A DNA stretch of 64,000 nt from Christensenellaceae bacterium (GCA_045579345.1 JAZNMA010000098.1:19943-83942), one strand, 5' to 3'. Positions 9,155-19,935 are shown, counted from the first letter of the stretch. Notes: a model not told the origin generated them from the letters alone. A program made the numbers and translations.

Positions 9155-9190
9155 CCGTAAAAGTGTTTTGGGTAGTGAAGGTAAAGGAAT

Positions 9191-10285
9191 ATGGCAAAAA
9201 GCAATAAGAAGATAGATACAACTGAATATTGTTGCAGTATTTGCGGAACGCCACTTACTGAAGAAAATAGCCGTGAAAATGCTTTTACTTGTCTTGATTG
9301 CGAAAGTAAGCGTTTTAAGCAGTTAGAAGAAAAAAACGGAACGCATATCGCATTGTTTTTAATGTGTGGTATGACCGATTTACCACTTGAACCTATGATT
9401 ATTCCCGATAAATTTGTAGAAGAAGAAGGCGATAAGTGGAAAATATACACCGATTTACTGAAAGAAAAAGGTAAACTTGAAAAGCGTGGTAAACTTCGTG
9501 GCTTTATAGACGGTGTAAGCGATTTAAGGGAAATATTTGGCGAAGAACTTTCACAAAAAGACTTTGCAAACTACGTTGCTAACGAACAAGAGTATATCGA
9601 CCAACTTGAAGGTACAGAAGAACAACGTGAAAGGTGGGGAGAACTTCCTTTATGGGAAAAAGTGCCACTAACTTCGGAATATTACGATGAGTTAGATAGA
9701 CGATTAGATGCAAAGTTGGAAAGATATAAAGGCTTTTCAATCGACGACGTTCTTTTAGATACCTTTAAGAAAATTAGTAAACTTGAACTGATAGAAGAAT
9801 TACTACTTTCAAAAGGCGACGTTGAAAACTTTGCTAAAATTCAAAAATCTATTGATGCAATTCAAGCATCGGAACAATTAAGAAAGAAAGACGAAAAACC
9901 CATAGAAGAAATGCGTTTAGATGCAATGGTTATTGCGTTAGAAAATGCAGGACTTATGGAAAATGGCGAACTTTTAACTTATGACGAACTTGTAGTTGCA
10001 TTAAGAGATAACTTTATTAAAACAAAGAAATACAATTATTCGCTTGATGTTTGCGACCAAGTAATTCTTGATATTCAAAATTCAATGAGAAGAAATGCTG
10101 ATTTAATGCAACTTATTGATTTGCCTGAAGAACTTGAAGTTGTTGATGAATACGGAGAGTTTTCTGCTGAAGAAACTGAACAAGAAAAAGAAGCAAAAAA
10201 GTACGCAGGATTAACAAAAGTTCAGTTTGAAAAGAAATCAACACAACGCAAAACCACTAAAAAGGCAGGAAATAAAGATGCCTAA
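9191..10285 (+). CDS. hypothetical protein with N-terminal zinc ribbon; possible small terminase by position only
   Basis: 364 aa; CCSICG...CLDC. Sits immediately upstream of, and overlaps, the large terminase gene. Confidence 0.4.
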   Translation: MAKSNKKIDTTEYCCSICGTPLTEENSRENAFTCLDCESKRFKQLEEKNGTHIALFLMCGMTDLPLEPMIIPDKFVEEEGDKWKIYTDLLKEKGKLEKRGKLRGFIDGVSDLREIFGEELSQKDFANYVANEQEYIDQLEGTEEQRERWGELPLWEKVPLTSEYYDELDRRLDAKLERYKGFSIDDVLLDTFKKISKLELIEELLLSKGDVENFAKIQKSIDAIQASEQLRKKDEKPIEEMRLDAMVIALENAGLMENGELLTYDELVVALRDNFIKTKKYNYSLDVCDQVILDIQNSMRRNADLMQLIDLPEELEVVDEYGEFSAEETEQEKEAKKYAGLTKVQFEKKSTQRKTTKKAGNKDA

Positions 10286-12119
10286 TTATGGTTCAGTTAA
10301 AAGAAAATGGTCCAAAAAGCGTGGGCGTTGGGAAACTGAAAAAAAAGAATCGGCTTTTGATTATGATACTGTATTAAATAATTCAAAAGCGTGGGGATTG
10401 CTTATAAGTTTTTTTAGATTTTACCCCGATTATTTTTTGGACTTGATACGAGATAAAAACGCACCTTATGGACTTGAACTCCCACAAAGACTTATGTTGA
10501 GAGTACAAGCAAGGTATCAAACAACCTATATAACGGGTGCAAGGGGTATTACAAAGACATTTATTGAAATGGCAAGTAAAGCGATTGACGGAACGCTTTA
10601 TCCCGGCGACAAGTCAAGATATTATGCACCAAGTCAAAAGCAAGGTGCAAAACTTGCATCACAAGCGTTTGCTGATTTAGAAAAGTGTTATCCTATATTA
10701 ACTAAATGGTGGAATAAAAATAACGATAGAGCCGATATGTTTAGGATAACAACGCCTTACAATTCAGAGTTTACTATGTATGCGCCCCGTGGCGACAACT
10801 TTCACTCTATTATTGGAGAAGAAATGACACAAGAAGGCGACGAATCGTTTGATTTTGAATCGTTTGAAGCCGAAGTAAAGAAAGGGCATAGATTAACAAG
10901 AAACGTAAACGGCAAAAAAGACCGTACACGCATACAACTAAAGCAAAATTTTATATCCAACGCATCGTCAAGGCAAAATAAGGGTTATACAACCTATCGT
11001 GCAAATGCGCTTAAACTTATGGTTTTTGGCGAAAAGTACGACGGATTTTGTATGGATATATCTTGGGTTTCCGCTTTACTTTGTGGATTAAGAGATATTG
11101 CTTATTACAAAAAAGAAAAATCTACTTCTCCTGCTGAAGTTTGGCAAAGAGAAATGGAAGTTACATATACGGGAACGGGCGATAATCCGATGCTTTCCGA
11201 TGAAATACTTTCAAGAAGTAAAAAATTGAAAGTTATGGAAAATCGGCATTGTGGCGACAATAAAGTAATTTATGTTGTGGCGCACGACGTGTCTTATGAA
11301 GAAGGGCAAAAGAACGCTAAAAGTGCTGACGTTGTTTGGAAATGTACTCGGTTTGACACTCCAACCAAGCGTGACAAATATAAAAAACAAGCAGTTTGGG
11401 TTGACAGTTATCCACCGCCAAAAACAGAAGCGTTACAAGCGCAAAAAATAAAAGACTTGTGGTTTAGGTTTTGTAAAGACGGAGCAGAAGCAACATATAT
11501 AGTTGTCGATGCTCGTACAGTAGGAAAAACAGTCGTGCAAGAACTAATGAAACCTTCTTTTGACGGATTACCTAATCTTTGTTGCTATGAGCATTGTGCT
11601 TATACCGATTTAGAACAACCAAACGCTTTGCCTATTATTTATCCATTAAAAGCGACAAGAGCAGGTGGAACGGACGATGAACCACAAATGATTAGGTACT
11701 TGCAAAGAGAGTGGGAACAAGGTAACGTCGAAATTCTTATAACTAATATACTTGAAGGTGTAGATGCTTATAAAAATTACCACGGTATAAAAGATAATTT
11801 TGCAGACGGTAAAATTGCACAACCTTATAAACAAACTGAAGGTTGGTGTGAAGAAATACAAAACTTACAAGTTAAACCAAGTGGTACGTCAATAAAAGAA
11901 ACTCGTAAAAGTCTTGGAAAACAAAGAGATAGACATTCGGCAAGTAAATATGGTTTGTGGTTTATTAGTCTTTTAGAAGATAAACTTGTTAAAGAAAACT
12001 ATAAAAAGAAATCTTCGTGGGCGCAACAAATAGAGCAATTTAAGAACGGCGGTATGGTATCGTCGCCGATAAGTTCAAATAATACAAGAGCAAATTTGCT
12101 TTCACTTCGTAGGAGATGA
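10278..12119 (+). CDS. terL: terminase large subunit
   Basis: 613 aa. ITGARGITKTF is a Walker-A-like segment. Size and position ahead of the portal fit; the ATG at 10278 overlaps the upstream gene. Confidence 0.65.
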   Translation: MPNYGSVKRKWSKKRGRWETEKKESAFDYDTVLNNSKAWGLLISFFRFYPDYFLDLIRDKNAPYGLELPQRLMLRVQARYQTTYITGARGITKTFIEMASKAIDGTLYPGDKSRYYAPSQKQGAKLASQAFADLEKCYPILTKWWNKNNDRADMFRITTPYNSEFTMYAPRGDNFHSIIGEEMTQEGDESFDFESFEAEVKKGHRLTRNVNGKKDRTRIQLKQNFISNASSRQNKGYTTYRANALKLMVFGEKYDGFCMDISWVSALLCGLRDIAYYKKEKSTSPAEVWQREMEVTYTGTGDNPMLSDEILSRSKKLKVMENRHCGDNKVIYVVAHDVSYEEGQKNAKSADVVWKCTRFDTPTKRDKYKKQAVWVDSYPPPKTEALQAQKIKDLWFRFCKDGAEATYIVVDARTVGKTVVQELMKPSFDGLPNLCCYEHCAYTDLEQPNALPIIYPLKATRAGGTDDEPQMIRYLQREWEQGNVEILITNILEGVDAYKNYHGIKDNFADGKIAQPYKQTEGWCEEIQNLQVKPSGTSIKETRKSLGKQRDRHSASKYGLWFISLLEDKLVKENYKKKSSWAQQIEQFKNGGMVSSPISSNNTRANLLSLRRR

Positions 12120-12122
12120 TTT

Positions 12123-12464
12123 ATGGAAGAAGTGCAAGAATATAAACTTTATGTAGGCAAGTTTCAATTTATATCGGACGAAATAAGGTTTTCTTATGTA
12201 AGTAGTCACGGACGATATATGCTTGTATTTGATAATAAGCAACCCGAAGGAAAGTTTACTGAACTTCCAAGCGATTTATTGAAAGACTTAACGCAAGAAG
12301 AAAAAGATTGGCTTTTGGGTTGCAAATTAAAGATAAATGCAGAGTTTATGAGAAAAAACGAAGAACAGTCGTTTAAAATATTAGATAACTTCGTTAATAA
12401 GTTTGAAAAAGAACTTGAAAAAGAAAAGCGAAAGTTTATGAAAAAACAAAAATCAAAGGAATAA
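12123..12464 (+). CDS. hypothetical phage protein
   Basis: 113-aa ORF between terminase and portal. Confidence 0.45.
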   Translation: MEEVQEYKLYVGKFQFISDEIRFSYVSSHGRYMLVFDNKQPEGKFTELPSDLLKDLTQEEKDWLLGCKLKINAEFMRKNEEQSFKILDNFVNKFEKELEKEKRKFMKKQKSKE

Positions 12465-12474
12465 ATAAAGAATT

Positions 12475-14226
12475 ATGGGAAAGGGAACGGCAAAAAACAA
12501 GAATATCGAAGTAAAACAATCTTCAACTTCTTGGAGCGGTTTAACGACAAAATTCAATAAACTTGCACAAAGTTACGCTGCGTATTTGCCTGTGGATAAC
12601 ATTTTTTCTGCATTTATGAGAACGGGTTATGCAATGGAAAACTTTGCACCTGTACAAAATAATAGAATTAAAGCTATCTCGTCTTTACCCGTTGATTATT
12701 CAAAAGAAGAAATCGGTGCTTTTCTTCGCAATCCGTATAATAGCGAACAACCTTTAAGACAAACGTCTGAAATATTAAGGTGGACCGCATATCCGTACTT
12801 TAAGGTTGCGAAAACCTATCAAGATATACCAACTTATAGGTATTACACTAAACCGCTTTATATCGACAAAGAAACGGCTCAAAGTGATACTTTTAAGCGT
12901 GAAGCAGTATTGCTTGACAAGATAAATAAAGCCATGAAACCAAACGCTTATGCTCATAAAATTACAGGGCAAGCGGTAAATGAAGGTAAAGTTTTTTATC
13001 ATTTAAGAGCCGACATTGACAAAGTGCATAACAAGGTTAATTACGCTTTTATGCAACAACTTCCATCGGATTGGTGTCAAATTATAGGTTTTAACAACAT
13101 ATCGGGATATACGGTGTCATTTAACTTAATGTACTTTATGCAAATGGGAACTGATTATCGTCAATTTGGCGATTTATTTGAGCCGTATATGTATGACTTC
13201 TACGGTATATTCGACGATATAAAGGATAGAGTACCAAGTAAAAAATTTGTTTACGCATCAAAAGGCGGAAAACAATTTTATCCTAACTTATCAAAAGTTA
13301 ATGCCGAAGGTTATGGAACACCAAAAGCATTTATTCAAAACGGCAAATGTATGTATTACGTTTCATTGCCTATTGATAAGGTTTGGACCTTTGAAATTGA
13401 CGATACGACAACAGCAGTAGCGCCGTCATTATCGGGTTTAATGCTTACATATTCGCAACAAAGTGATTACGAAGCGGCGCAGTTGAGTTTGTTGCTTAAT
13501 CCGTTAATTAAAATCTTTACGGGTGAAATTCCTTATCGAGATGAAAGCGGTGCAACGACTGAAGATAGTTACAAACTATCAGTTGGTGGACGAGCAATGT
13601 TTGAAGCGTTTTTCAATCAACTTATGCAGTCTAACAATACAGGTGGAACTGCATTTTATTCAGGTCCGTTTGAAAATATTAAATCGCACGACTTTAGCGA
13701 AAGTGCTAATGCAAACGAAATAAGCGAATCTTTTAACAGGTACGGACTTCAAAAAGCAGGTTTATCAAGTATTATTCCTGCTTCGTCGGATATTAAAGCA
13801 AGTCAAGTTGATGCTTCAATGAAGATAGAAAGTCGTTTTTCAACTGCTACAATATATCCGCAGTTTGAAAGAATGATGAATAGTCTTTACAAACAATTAA
13901 ATCTTAATTACGATTGGGAATTTAAGATGTTTGGCACGATATTCAATGAAAAGGATATTCGTGAAAGCGCACAAAAGGCATTAGATAACGGTGATTTATC
14001 GGCTATCTTTACATTATCGGCATTAGACGAGCAAAGTTGGGTAGATAAACTTTCAATGCTTTATGCGATCAAGGGAACTAAACTTATTGAAGAGTATCAA
14101 GTGTTGGAAACTGCATATACACAAAGTAAGACAAGTCAACAAAAAGAAAGTGGACGACCAAAAACGAGTAAGCCTTCCGATACAAAAGAAAAATCGGTAG
14201 ATGCAGGGGTGACTGAAGGTGAGTAA
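12475..14226 (+). CDS. portal protein (by size and position)
   Basis: 583 aa, directly after the terminase module. No motif recognised by eye. Confidence 0.55.
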   Translation: MGKGTAKNKNIEVKQSSTSWSGLTTKFNKLAQSYAAYLPVDNIFSAFMRTGYAMENFAPVQNNRIKAISSLPVDYSKEEIGAFLRNPYNSEQPLRQTSEILRWTAYPYFKVAKTYQDIPTYRYYTKPLYIDKETAQSDTFKREAVLLDKINKAMKPNAYAHKITGQAVNEGKVFYHLRADIDKVHNKVNYAFMQQLPSDWCQIIGFNNISGYTVSFNLMYFMQMGTDYRQFGDLFEPYMYDFYGIFDDIKDRVPSKKFVYASKGGKQFYPNLSKVNAEGYGTPKAFIQNGKCMYYVSLPIDKVWTFEIDDTTTAVAPSLSGLMLTYSQQSDYEAAQLSLLLNPLIKIFTGEIPYRDESGATTEDSYKLSVGGRAMFEAFFNQLMQSNNTGGTAFYSGPFENIKSHDFSESANANEISESFNRYGLQKAGLSSIIPASSDIKASQVDASMKIESRFSTATIYPQFERMMNSLYKQLNLNYDWEFKMFGTIFNEKDIRESAQKALDNGDLSAIFTLSALDEQSWVDKLSMLYAIKGTKLIEEYQVLETAYTQSKTSQQKESGRPKTSKPSDTKEKSVDAGVTEGE

Positions 14227-14434
14227 TAAACCGATAAATAAATTAAACGCACAAGATTCTGAAATGCTTTTTAAGGTCATATTTGACATTTTAGAGCGTG
14301 GAAATGATGCGGAAATAAAACAGACAAAGAGCGGAATTAAAGTGCTTGAAATAAGCAAAAAAATCCGTGTGGAGATAACAAATAATTAAATATATAAGAT
14401 TTTTCCGAAAGTGGTCGGAAAAGAAAGCCAAATG

Positions 14435-14490
14435 GGGCTATAGGTGGATTTCGATTTAGTCGAATAATCGCTTATAGCCCTTATTTTTTT
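14435..14490 (+). terminator. stem-loop plus T-run after the portal module
   Basis: GGGCTATAG ... CTTATAGCCC with an internal TCGA..TCGA hairpin, followed by TTATTTTTTT. Confidence 0.45.
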
Positions 14491-14508
14491 GTAAAAGGAG
14501 AAAAGAAT

Positions 14509-15051
14509 ATGCCTAAAGTTAAAGATATTTTTAATTTTGACAATCCGATATATGCACCATTAAGAAACCCGTCAAGGGAAGTAATTAAAGCGTATCAAGA
14601 TGCTAACCGTTATTTTGATACAACACAAGAATATGTGTATATTGAGCAAGGAATGAAATACCTATCTAAGATCATTCACGAGCAAGCGCATGAATTTCCT
14701 AAACGCTTTGATAGTTTTAATGATATGCTTCACGAAAGACATCTCATGGGTGAATATCCGTCAACAGAAGAATTAAATTGGAAAGAAGAATTAAAAGAAC
14801 TTGATGACGTTTTTGACATTGTAATTAGAGTTTTCGACAACATACAAGAATCATTAGAGAAATTTCACGAAGTTACGGATAATGCAAATTTTAGACCTAT
14901 GGCATTATACACAGAAGAACTTATGGCGCAAAACAGCAGAGATTATACAAAATTTCTTGAACTTGCGTTTAGGTGGCAAAACGATGGTGGGAGCAAGACT
15001 TCGTTTGATAGTTGGTGCAAAAAGTTATTAGATGAATGGGAAGATGACTAA
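14509..15051 (+). CDS. hypothetical head-module protein
   Basis: 180-aa ORF with GGAG upstream. Confidence 0.5.
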   Translation: MPKVKDIFNFDNPIYAPLRNPSREVIKAYQDANRYFDTTQEYVYIEQGMKYLSKIIHEQAHEFPKRFDSFNDMLHERHLMGEYPSTEELNWKEELKELDDVFDIVIRVFDNIQESLEKFHEVTDNANFRPMALYTEELMAQNSRDYTKFLELAFRWQNDGGSKTSFDSWCKKLLDEWEDD

Positions 15052-16427
15052 TGGGAAAGTTTAAGACGGTAACAAACGGTAAGGTAAATTCATTTGTAGG
15101 TGAATTAAAATTACTTGCCGAAAATAAAGGTTGGTATCAAAAAGTCGAATTATGGCTTTTGAACGATATAACAAACCGCAATAATTGGCGATATGAACGA
15201 CTTGACGAACATAAGCACCTATTTGCAGGAACACCGCTTTTAGTGGCTTATGTTGGCAAGGAAATCGGCGACGGACACAATTTTGATGAAGTCCATAACG
15301 CTGATGGAAGTATAACTGTTTCGTATATGTCAGCAACGGCGGAAAGAATTGTTGGGTACTTCAAGGACGAAAGCGATATTCGTATTGAAGAACGCAACGG
15401 ACAAAAATGGATAGTTGGTATAGGCTACATTTGGAAATGGTATGCACAAGAACTTGTGGCAAAACTCAAGAAACAGGGGCTTGAAGGAATGCCGATAAGT
15501 ATTGAAACGCTCGTAAACGAAAAGTATATGGACGGTTCAACTGAAGTGTTTACAAAATGGCAAGTGTTAGGCTGCACAATTTTAGGGCTTGAAGTTGCGC
15601 CTGCGGTGGCAGATGCAAACATCCGTGCCTTGTCTGCTATTGGAAGTAAAGAAGTTCGAGAGATGACATTACGAGTTGCTTCTGCACAACAAGAACAGGC
15701 AAAAAAGGAAGAAAACAATCCGCAAACAAAAACAAATTCAAAAGGAGTAACACAAACTATGTTGAAAGTAAAAGATTTGGAATCAAAATTTCCTAACTTT
15801 ACAGTTCTTGCAGTAAATGGCAAGAACGTTGCATTGCTTTCTGACAAGGGCATACCCCATATTTCCACCGCAGAAAAGAACGGTGAAGAAGTAGTTGTTG
15901 GGGCAAAGACCGAGATTGCGGTTAATGCGCTTTTTGGCGAAGGTGATAATGCAGTTTCAGTTCCTGTCGATATGATTATCGAAAAATTGAACGCAGAAAA
16001 CGTTTCGCTTAAAGCAGACCTTGAAAAAGAAAAAAGTGAAAAGTCAACTGCACTTAACGCACTTGAAACAATGCAAAAGGCAGAAAAGGCTCGTAGGGTA
16101 AACGAAGTTAAAGAAGCAATTAAAAAGCACCTTTCCGAAATTAAGGATAACACAGGCGCAGATATTGCTGATAACGAATGCGACGACCTTATGACAGACG
16201 AAAAACTTGACGAGTACGCAGAATGTGAAGATAAAGACGGAAAATTCTGTGGTGCTGAAAAGGCTTGTAAAGATGTTGATGCTAAATGTATGAGCAAAAT
16301 CATTGAAGCAGGCAAAGCAAAAGTTAATGCACAAAAAAATCAATTCGCTTGGAACGCACCGAAAAATAATTCGGTAAAATCTGAAGGCGAAAACGGCATT
16401 GACGACCTTGTAAATAAATACGAATAA
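15051..16427 (+). CDS. putative scaffolding / prohead-maturation protein
   Basis: 458 aa. The C-terminal half is E/K/A-rich coiled coil. Lies upstream of the capsid gene. Confidence 0.4.
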   Translation: MGKFKTVTNGKVNSFVGELKLLAENKGWYQKVELWLLNDITNRNNWRYERLDEHKHLFAGTPLLVAYVGKEIGDGHNFDEVHNADGSITVSYMSATAERIVGYFKDESDIRIEERNGQKWIVGIGYIWKWYAQELVAKLKKQGLEGMPISIETLVNEKYMDGSTEVFTKWQVLGCTILGLEVAPAVADANIRALSAIGSKEVREMTLRVASAQQEQAKKEENNPQTKTNSKGVTQTMLKVKDLESKFPNFTVLAVNGKNVALLSDKGIPHISTAEKNGEEVVVGAKTEIAVNALFGEGDNAVSVPVDMIIEKLNAENVSLKADLEKEKSEKSTALNALETMQKAEKARRVNEVKEAIKKHLSEIKDNTGADIADNECDDLMTDEKLDEYAECEDKDGKFCGAEKACKDVDAKCMSKIIEAGKAKVNAQKNQFAWNAPKNNSVKSEGENGIDDLVNKYE

Positions 16428-16449
16428 AAAATAAAAGGAGAACAAAACA

Positions 16450-17124
16450 ATGGCTAAAATAGCAAATACTGCTTTTGAAGTATATGTTTCTAACAGCAAA
16501 AGAAATGATACTCAAAATATAACAGGTAAATTTGGTTCTTTCAGCGGTCAAACCTTTACGGGTGACATTTGCTCGGCAGGTTTCCTTTGTGTAAAGAACT
16601 CAAGAACTCCCAACGAAGGCTATGAAAATCCTTTCAGCCTTGTATCAGGTGATTTTGCCCCCGTTGACGGTCTTAAAAACGGCAATAGTTGGTATATGAC
16701 ACAAGCAACAGGTGGCACAGTAACGGGTGCGCCCGGCGACCATACAGGGATTTACGCTGCAAACACTTACAATGTAAATAGAGCAACGGCAGGTGATTTA
16801 GTAGTTAATATCCCCGGTAAGACTTTAGGTTTGGCAATTCCTGCTGATGAATACGGTGATTTTACCGAACTTATCGTAGGCGAACAATACAACTTTGGTG
16901 CTGGTAACTTCTCAACATTACCAACCAACTTAACAACTACACCTTATGCAACGATTTCAAACGGACTTTGGGTTGCTTCCGCAACTGCACCTACCGACGG
17001 TAGCGTTTACGCAGTAGTTGAAGATATTTCCAAGAGATTTACCGAAGGCGTTTACGATGCAGGTCAAAAGATTACGCTCCGCATTATGAGAAGCGTTGTC
17101 GCAACAGCTAACATGGGGGATTAA
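16450..17124 (+). CDS. head-module protein (possible decoration or capsid accessory)
   Basis: 224 aa, G/T/A-rich, strong RBS (AAAGGAG), directly before the putative major capsid gene. Confidence 0.4.
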   Translation: MAKIANTAFEVYVSNSKRNDTQNITGKFGSFSGQTFTGDICSAGFLCVKNSRTPNEGYENPFSLVSGDFAPVDGLKNGNSWYMTQATGGTVTGAPGDHTGIYAANTYNVNRATAGDLVVNIPGKTLGLAIPADEYGDFTELIVGEQYNFGAGNFSTLPTNLTTTPYATISNGLWVASATAPTDGSVYAVVEDISKRFTEGVYDAGQKITLRIMRSVVATANMGD

Positions 17125-17127
17125 AAA

Positions 17128-18369
17128 ATGAACGTACAAAGATTAAATAGTGTTTCAAGCAATCTCTTTGCATACAAGACAAATTCTGCTAACGTTATTA
17201 AAATTAACGGCGCAGACGGAAAGGCAAGAACTCTTAATAGAGATGAAATTATTTCAGGTTGTCGTTTAGCAACTTTGGAATACTTTGGTAAACTTTCCGA
17301 AGTAGATAAAGAGAATGTAGTTAAATTCAATTCAAAACTCGGCGACAAATACAATTCTTTCCAAAAAGGTATTTGGGAAGATACCGTGCTTTATTGTGCG
17401 GCACTCGCTACAAACGCATTAGGTCTTAAACCTTATACTTCTATGGAAGAAGTTAAGAATGACCGTGCGCTTTACAAAAACGAAACTTTCTGGAAAGCAC
17501 TTGCTTACATTTCGCAAGAAGTAATCACTCCGCTTTTCCCCGAAGTTATCCCTTCTGCAACTGAAAGATTAGTTGATTGGGGCGCAAAGGCAAGACCTGG
17601 TGAAACAAGAATTGTAGAAATTGAAAGCAACGATTTCTTTGTGTTTGATGACGATTCTTGGGGTTCTGTATCAAGCAAACCTTATCAATATCTTTACAAG
17701 GCGCAAATTGCTATCACTCCTAAGCCTTATACTGCTAAATGCAAAATTAAGTGGTATCAAGACATTGTAGGTGGTGAAGCAGGTCGTTATTTTGCTGCAT
17801 TTATGCGTGGTGCATATAGCAAAATGTACGCTATTATGATTTCTAAATTCAAAAACGCTCTTTCTACGGCTAAATACATGCCTGAAGGTTTCCAATTTGA
17901 CTCTTATAGTCCCGACAACTGGAACAAAGCGATTATGATGCTTGAAGCAGTAAACGGCGTAAGTAGAAACCAAATCATGGCGCTTGGTAATCTTTCTGCA
18001 TTAAGTCAAGTTCTTCCCACTACTGGTACACCCGCAGTTGCAGCAGGTATTCAAGGTATGATTGGTGAAGAATGGGTTAGAAACGGTTTCCTTGCTAACG
18101 TAGCAGGTGTGGACCTTATCGAATCTTCACTTGGTGTAGTACCGGGAACACAAAACTATAATCCTAAATTTATCGGTTTAGACGACGAAATTTACCTTAT
18201 GGCAAAAGTTGGTCGTGCGCCGATGGTTGGTGTAATGGCTGACGGTTCACCGATTACCATTACCTTTACGCCTGAAGAAACGGCAGATATGACGATTAAC
18301 ATTTCAGAAACTATCGTATTCGATATTGCGTCTGCGTTCTCGTCAAAGATTGCAAAGATTTCACTTTAA
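17128..18369 (+). CDS. major capsid protein (by size and position)
   Basis: 413 aa, followed by a strong stem-loop. Its codon-rich composition suggests high expression. Confidence 0.55.
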   Translation: MNVQRLNSVSSNLFAYKTNSANVIKINGADGKARTLNRDEIISGCRLATLEYFGKLSEVDKENVVKFNSKLGDKYNSFQKGIWEDTVLYCAALATNALGLKPYTSMEEVKNDRALYKNETFWKALAYISQEVITPLFPEVIPSATERLVDWGAKARPGETRIVEIESNDFFVFDDDSWGSVSSKPYQYLYKAQIAITPKPYTAKCKIKWYQDIVGGEAGRYFAAFMRGAYSKMYAIMISKFKNALSTAKYMPEGFQFDSYSPDNWNKAIMMLEAVNGVSRNQIMALGNLSALSQVLPTTGTPAVAAGIQGMIGEEWVRNGFLANVAGVDLIESSLGVVPGTQNYNPKFIGLDDEIYLMAKVGRAPMVGVMADGSPITITFTPEETADMTINISETIVFDIASAFSSKIAKISL

Positions 18370-18381
18370 TAAACAGTTTGC

Positions 18382-18416
18382 GTTTGCTATGGGGGATAAC
18401 TTCTCTCATAGCAAAC
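18382..18416 (+). terminator. 10-bp stem-loop after the capsid gene (no clear T-run)
   Basis: GTTTGCTATG / CATAGCAAAC perfect stem with a 15-nt loop. Confidence 0.35.
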
Positions 18417-18466
18417 AATAAACTTAATTCATTGTCAAAAATTAGAAGTCGGGAGAATTAAAAAAT

Positions 18467-19198
18467 ATGACAAACGAAAAAGAAAAATCAAAGGTTGTAG
18501 AAACAACTAAAAATGAAGGCAAAGAAACTTCAAGCAATGGTATAAAACCTACCGAAAAACAATATTCTTCAGAAGATATACAAGCCGTATTAAAAACACC
18601 TGAAGCACAAGATTTAATGAAGTCTATGCTTGCAGAAATGCTTAAAAATCAACCACAACCCACAATGACAGTAAATTACCAAAAAGAAGAAATGGTAACT
18701 CTATTGTATATGGGTGCGGTTGCAGATGGCTCAATGGTAACTTTATGGCAAGGCTTTGAAATTCAAGGTCGTGGCGGTACAAGAGATGTGCCAAAGAGAG
18801 AGTTTTTGCAAAATTTGTCGCCAAAAGTTCTTAAACGTCTTAAAGACCGTCGGTTAATCGTTGTTGATGGTTTTGACGATAGCGAAAGAGAGCGTTACGA
18901 TCTTAAATATACCGATGGTGAACTTGCAAGCGTAAATATTTATTATAAACTTCTTTCTTATGACGAAGAAAAGATTTTGTCAATATTTAAGAGTGTTTGC
19001 ACAAGTCATAAAGCAATCATTGCATCGTTGTTTAAAACAGCATATATGCAAGGCGATAACCGTATTAACCAACCATTAATAGAAAAACTTAATAAAATAT
19101 CTCAATCGGTAGAACCGAAAGGAATGTTTAAGGATATTCTAAAAGATATGGCAAAAGCGTTAAGCGATGACGGCGAAACTGAAAGTGAAGAAGAATAA
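18467..19198 (+). CDS. hypothetical structural-module protein
   Basis: 243-aa ORF. Confidence 0.5.
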   Translation: MTNEKEKSKVVETTKNEGKETSSNGIKPTEKQYSSEDIQAVLKTPEAQDLMKSMLAEMLKNQPQPTMTVNYQKEEMVTLLYMGAVADGSMVTLWQGFEIQGRGGTRDVPKREFLQNLSPKVLKRLKDRRLIVVDGFDDSERERYDLKYTDGELASVNIYYKLLSYDEEKILSIFKSVCTSHKAIIASLFKTAYMQGDNRINQPLIEKLNKISQSVEPKGMFKDILKDMAKALSDDGETESEEE

Positions 19199-19223
19199 AT
19201 AAAATTAATAAAGGAGCAGACCA

Positions 19224-19901
19224 ATGGTTGAACCTGATAAAGACCTTGATTTAGAGTTTGAGCAACATCAAGAAGTCAAGGAAAGAGCGGTAGCGCAAGT
19301 ATCTCAACCAACAGAGATGCTTGCTGTAGGAACGAACATTAAAGACGAAGATTTTTCTGCTTTACATAGTGCTTTTGCCGAAAAAATGGACGACGTTAAA
19401 GTCAATGTTTTAGAGCAAGCAAGTGAAGAAGATAAAAAATTTGTTGAAACTGTCAAAGAAAACTTAAAAGATGCTGCGGTAAAACATACAGAAGTTGAGC
19501 AAGAAAAGGCAAGGTTTGCAAAGCAAAAAGTTCAATACGAAGAAGAAAAACTTGACACTCAGCAAAAAAGGAACGAACAACAGCAACAAGAAGACCAATG
19601 GGAAAATAGAAGAAAAAGAAGGCAATATCATTATGACGGTGTAAAACCAATAATGACATTTGTTGGGATAAAAGAACCATTAAATTTGTTTTTGCTTTAT
19701 TTATTAACCAGTATTTTAGTTTGGGCTTTTTTAGTTAGTAAACTATGGTGTGGAACATTCGGCGCACTTTTATCAGGTGCGTGTGACGAAAATCGAGCAA
19801 AAGCAGCAAAAGGTTTTATTTGGACGGTTATAGGAATATTTACATTTTTGGCTGTGGTGGCGTTAATATATTTATTCCTAAAGTGGCAACGGATTATTTA
19901 A
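19224..19901 (+). CDS. coiled-coil protein with C-terminal TM helices
   Basis: 225 aa. Hydrophobic segments LFLLYLLTSILVWAFLV and FIWTVIGIFTFLAVVALIYLF. Confidence 0.5.
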   Translation: MVEPDKDLDLEFEQHQEVKERAVAQVSQPTEMLAVGTNIKDEDFSALHSAFAEKMDDVKVNVLEQASEEDKKFVETVKENLKDAAVKHTEVEQEKARFAKQKVQYEEEKLDTQQKRNEQQQQEDQWENRRKRRQYHYDGVKPIMTFVGIKEPLNLFLLYLLTSILVWAFLVSKLWCGTFGALLSGACDENRAKAAKGFIWTVIGIFTFLAVVALIYLFLKWQRII

Positions 19902-19935
19902 TTGCTAAAATAAAAAATAAAAAGGAGAAACAAAG

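Noticed and set aside
9061-9450. 129-aa minus-strand ORF across the late leader.
   Set aside because: It spans the leader terminator and the 5' end of the well-supported gene at 9191, is antisense and has no RBS.
14219-14388. Possible 55-codon GTG-initiated ORF right after the portal gene.
   Set aside because: It has a non-ATG start embedded in the portal stop region, no clear RBS and no recognisable product, so it is left uncalled.
15425-16315. 296-aa minus-strand ORF, the longest antisense ORF in the window.
   Set aside because: It lies entirely antisense to the E/K/A-rich coiled-coil part of gene 15051-16427. Its Ser/Phe/Leu-rich low-complexity product is the mirror image of that composition, and it has no RBS.
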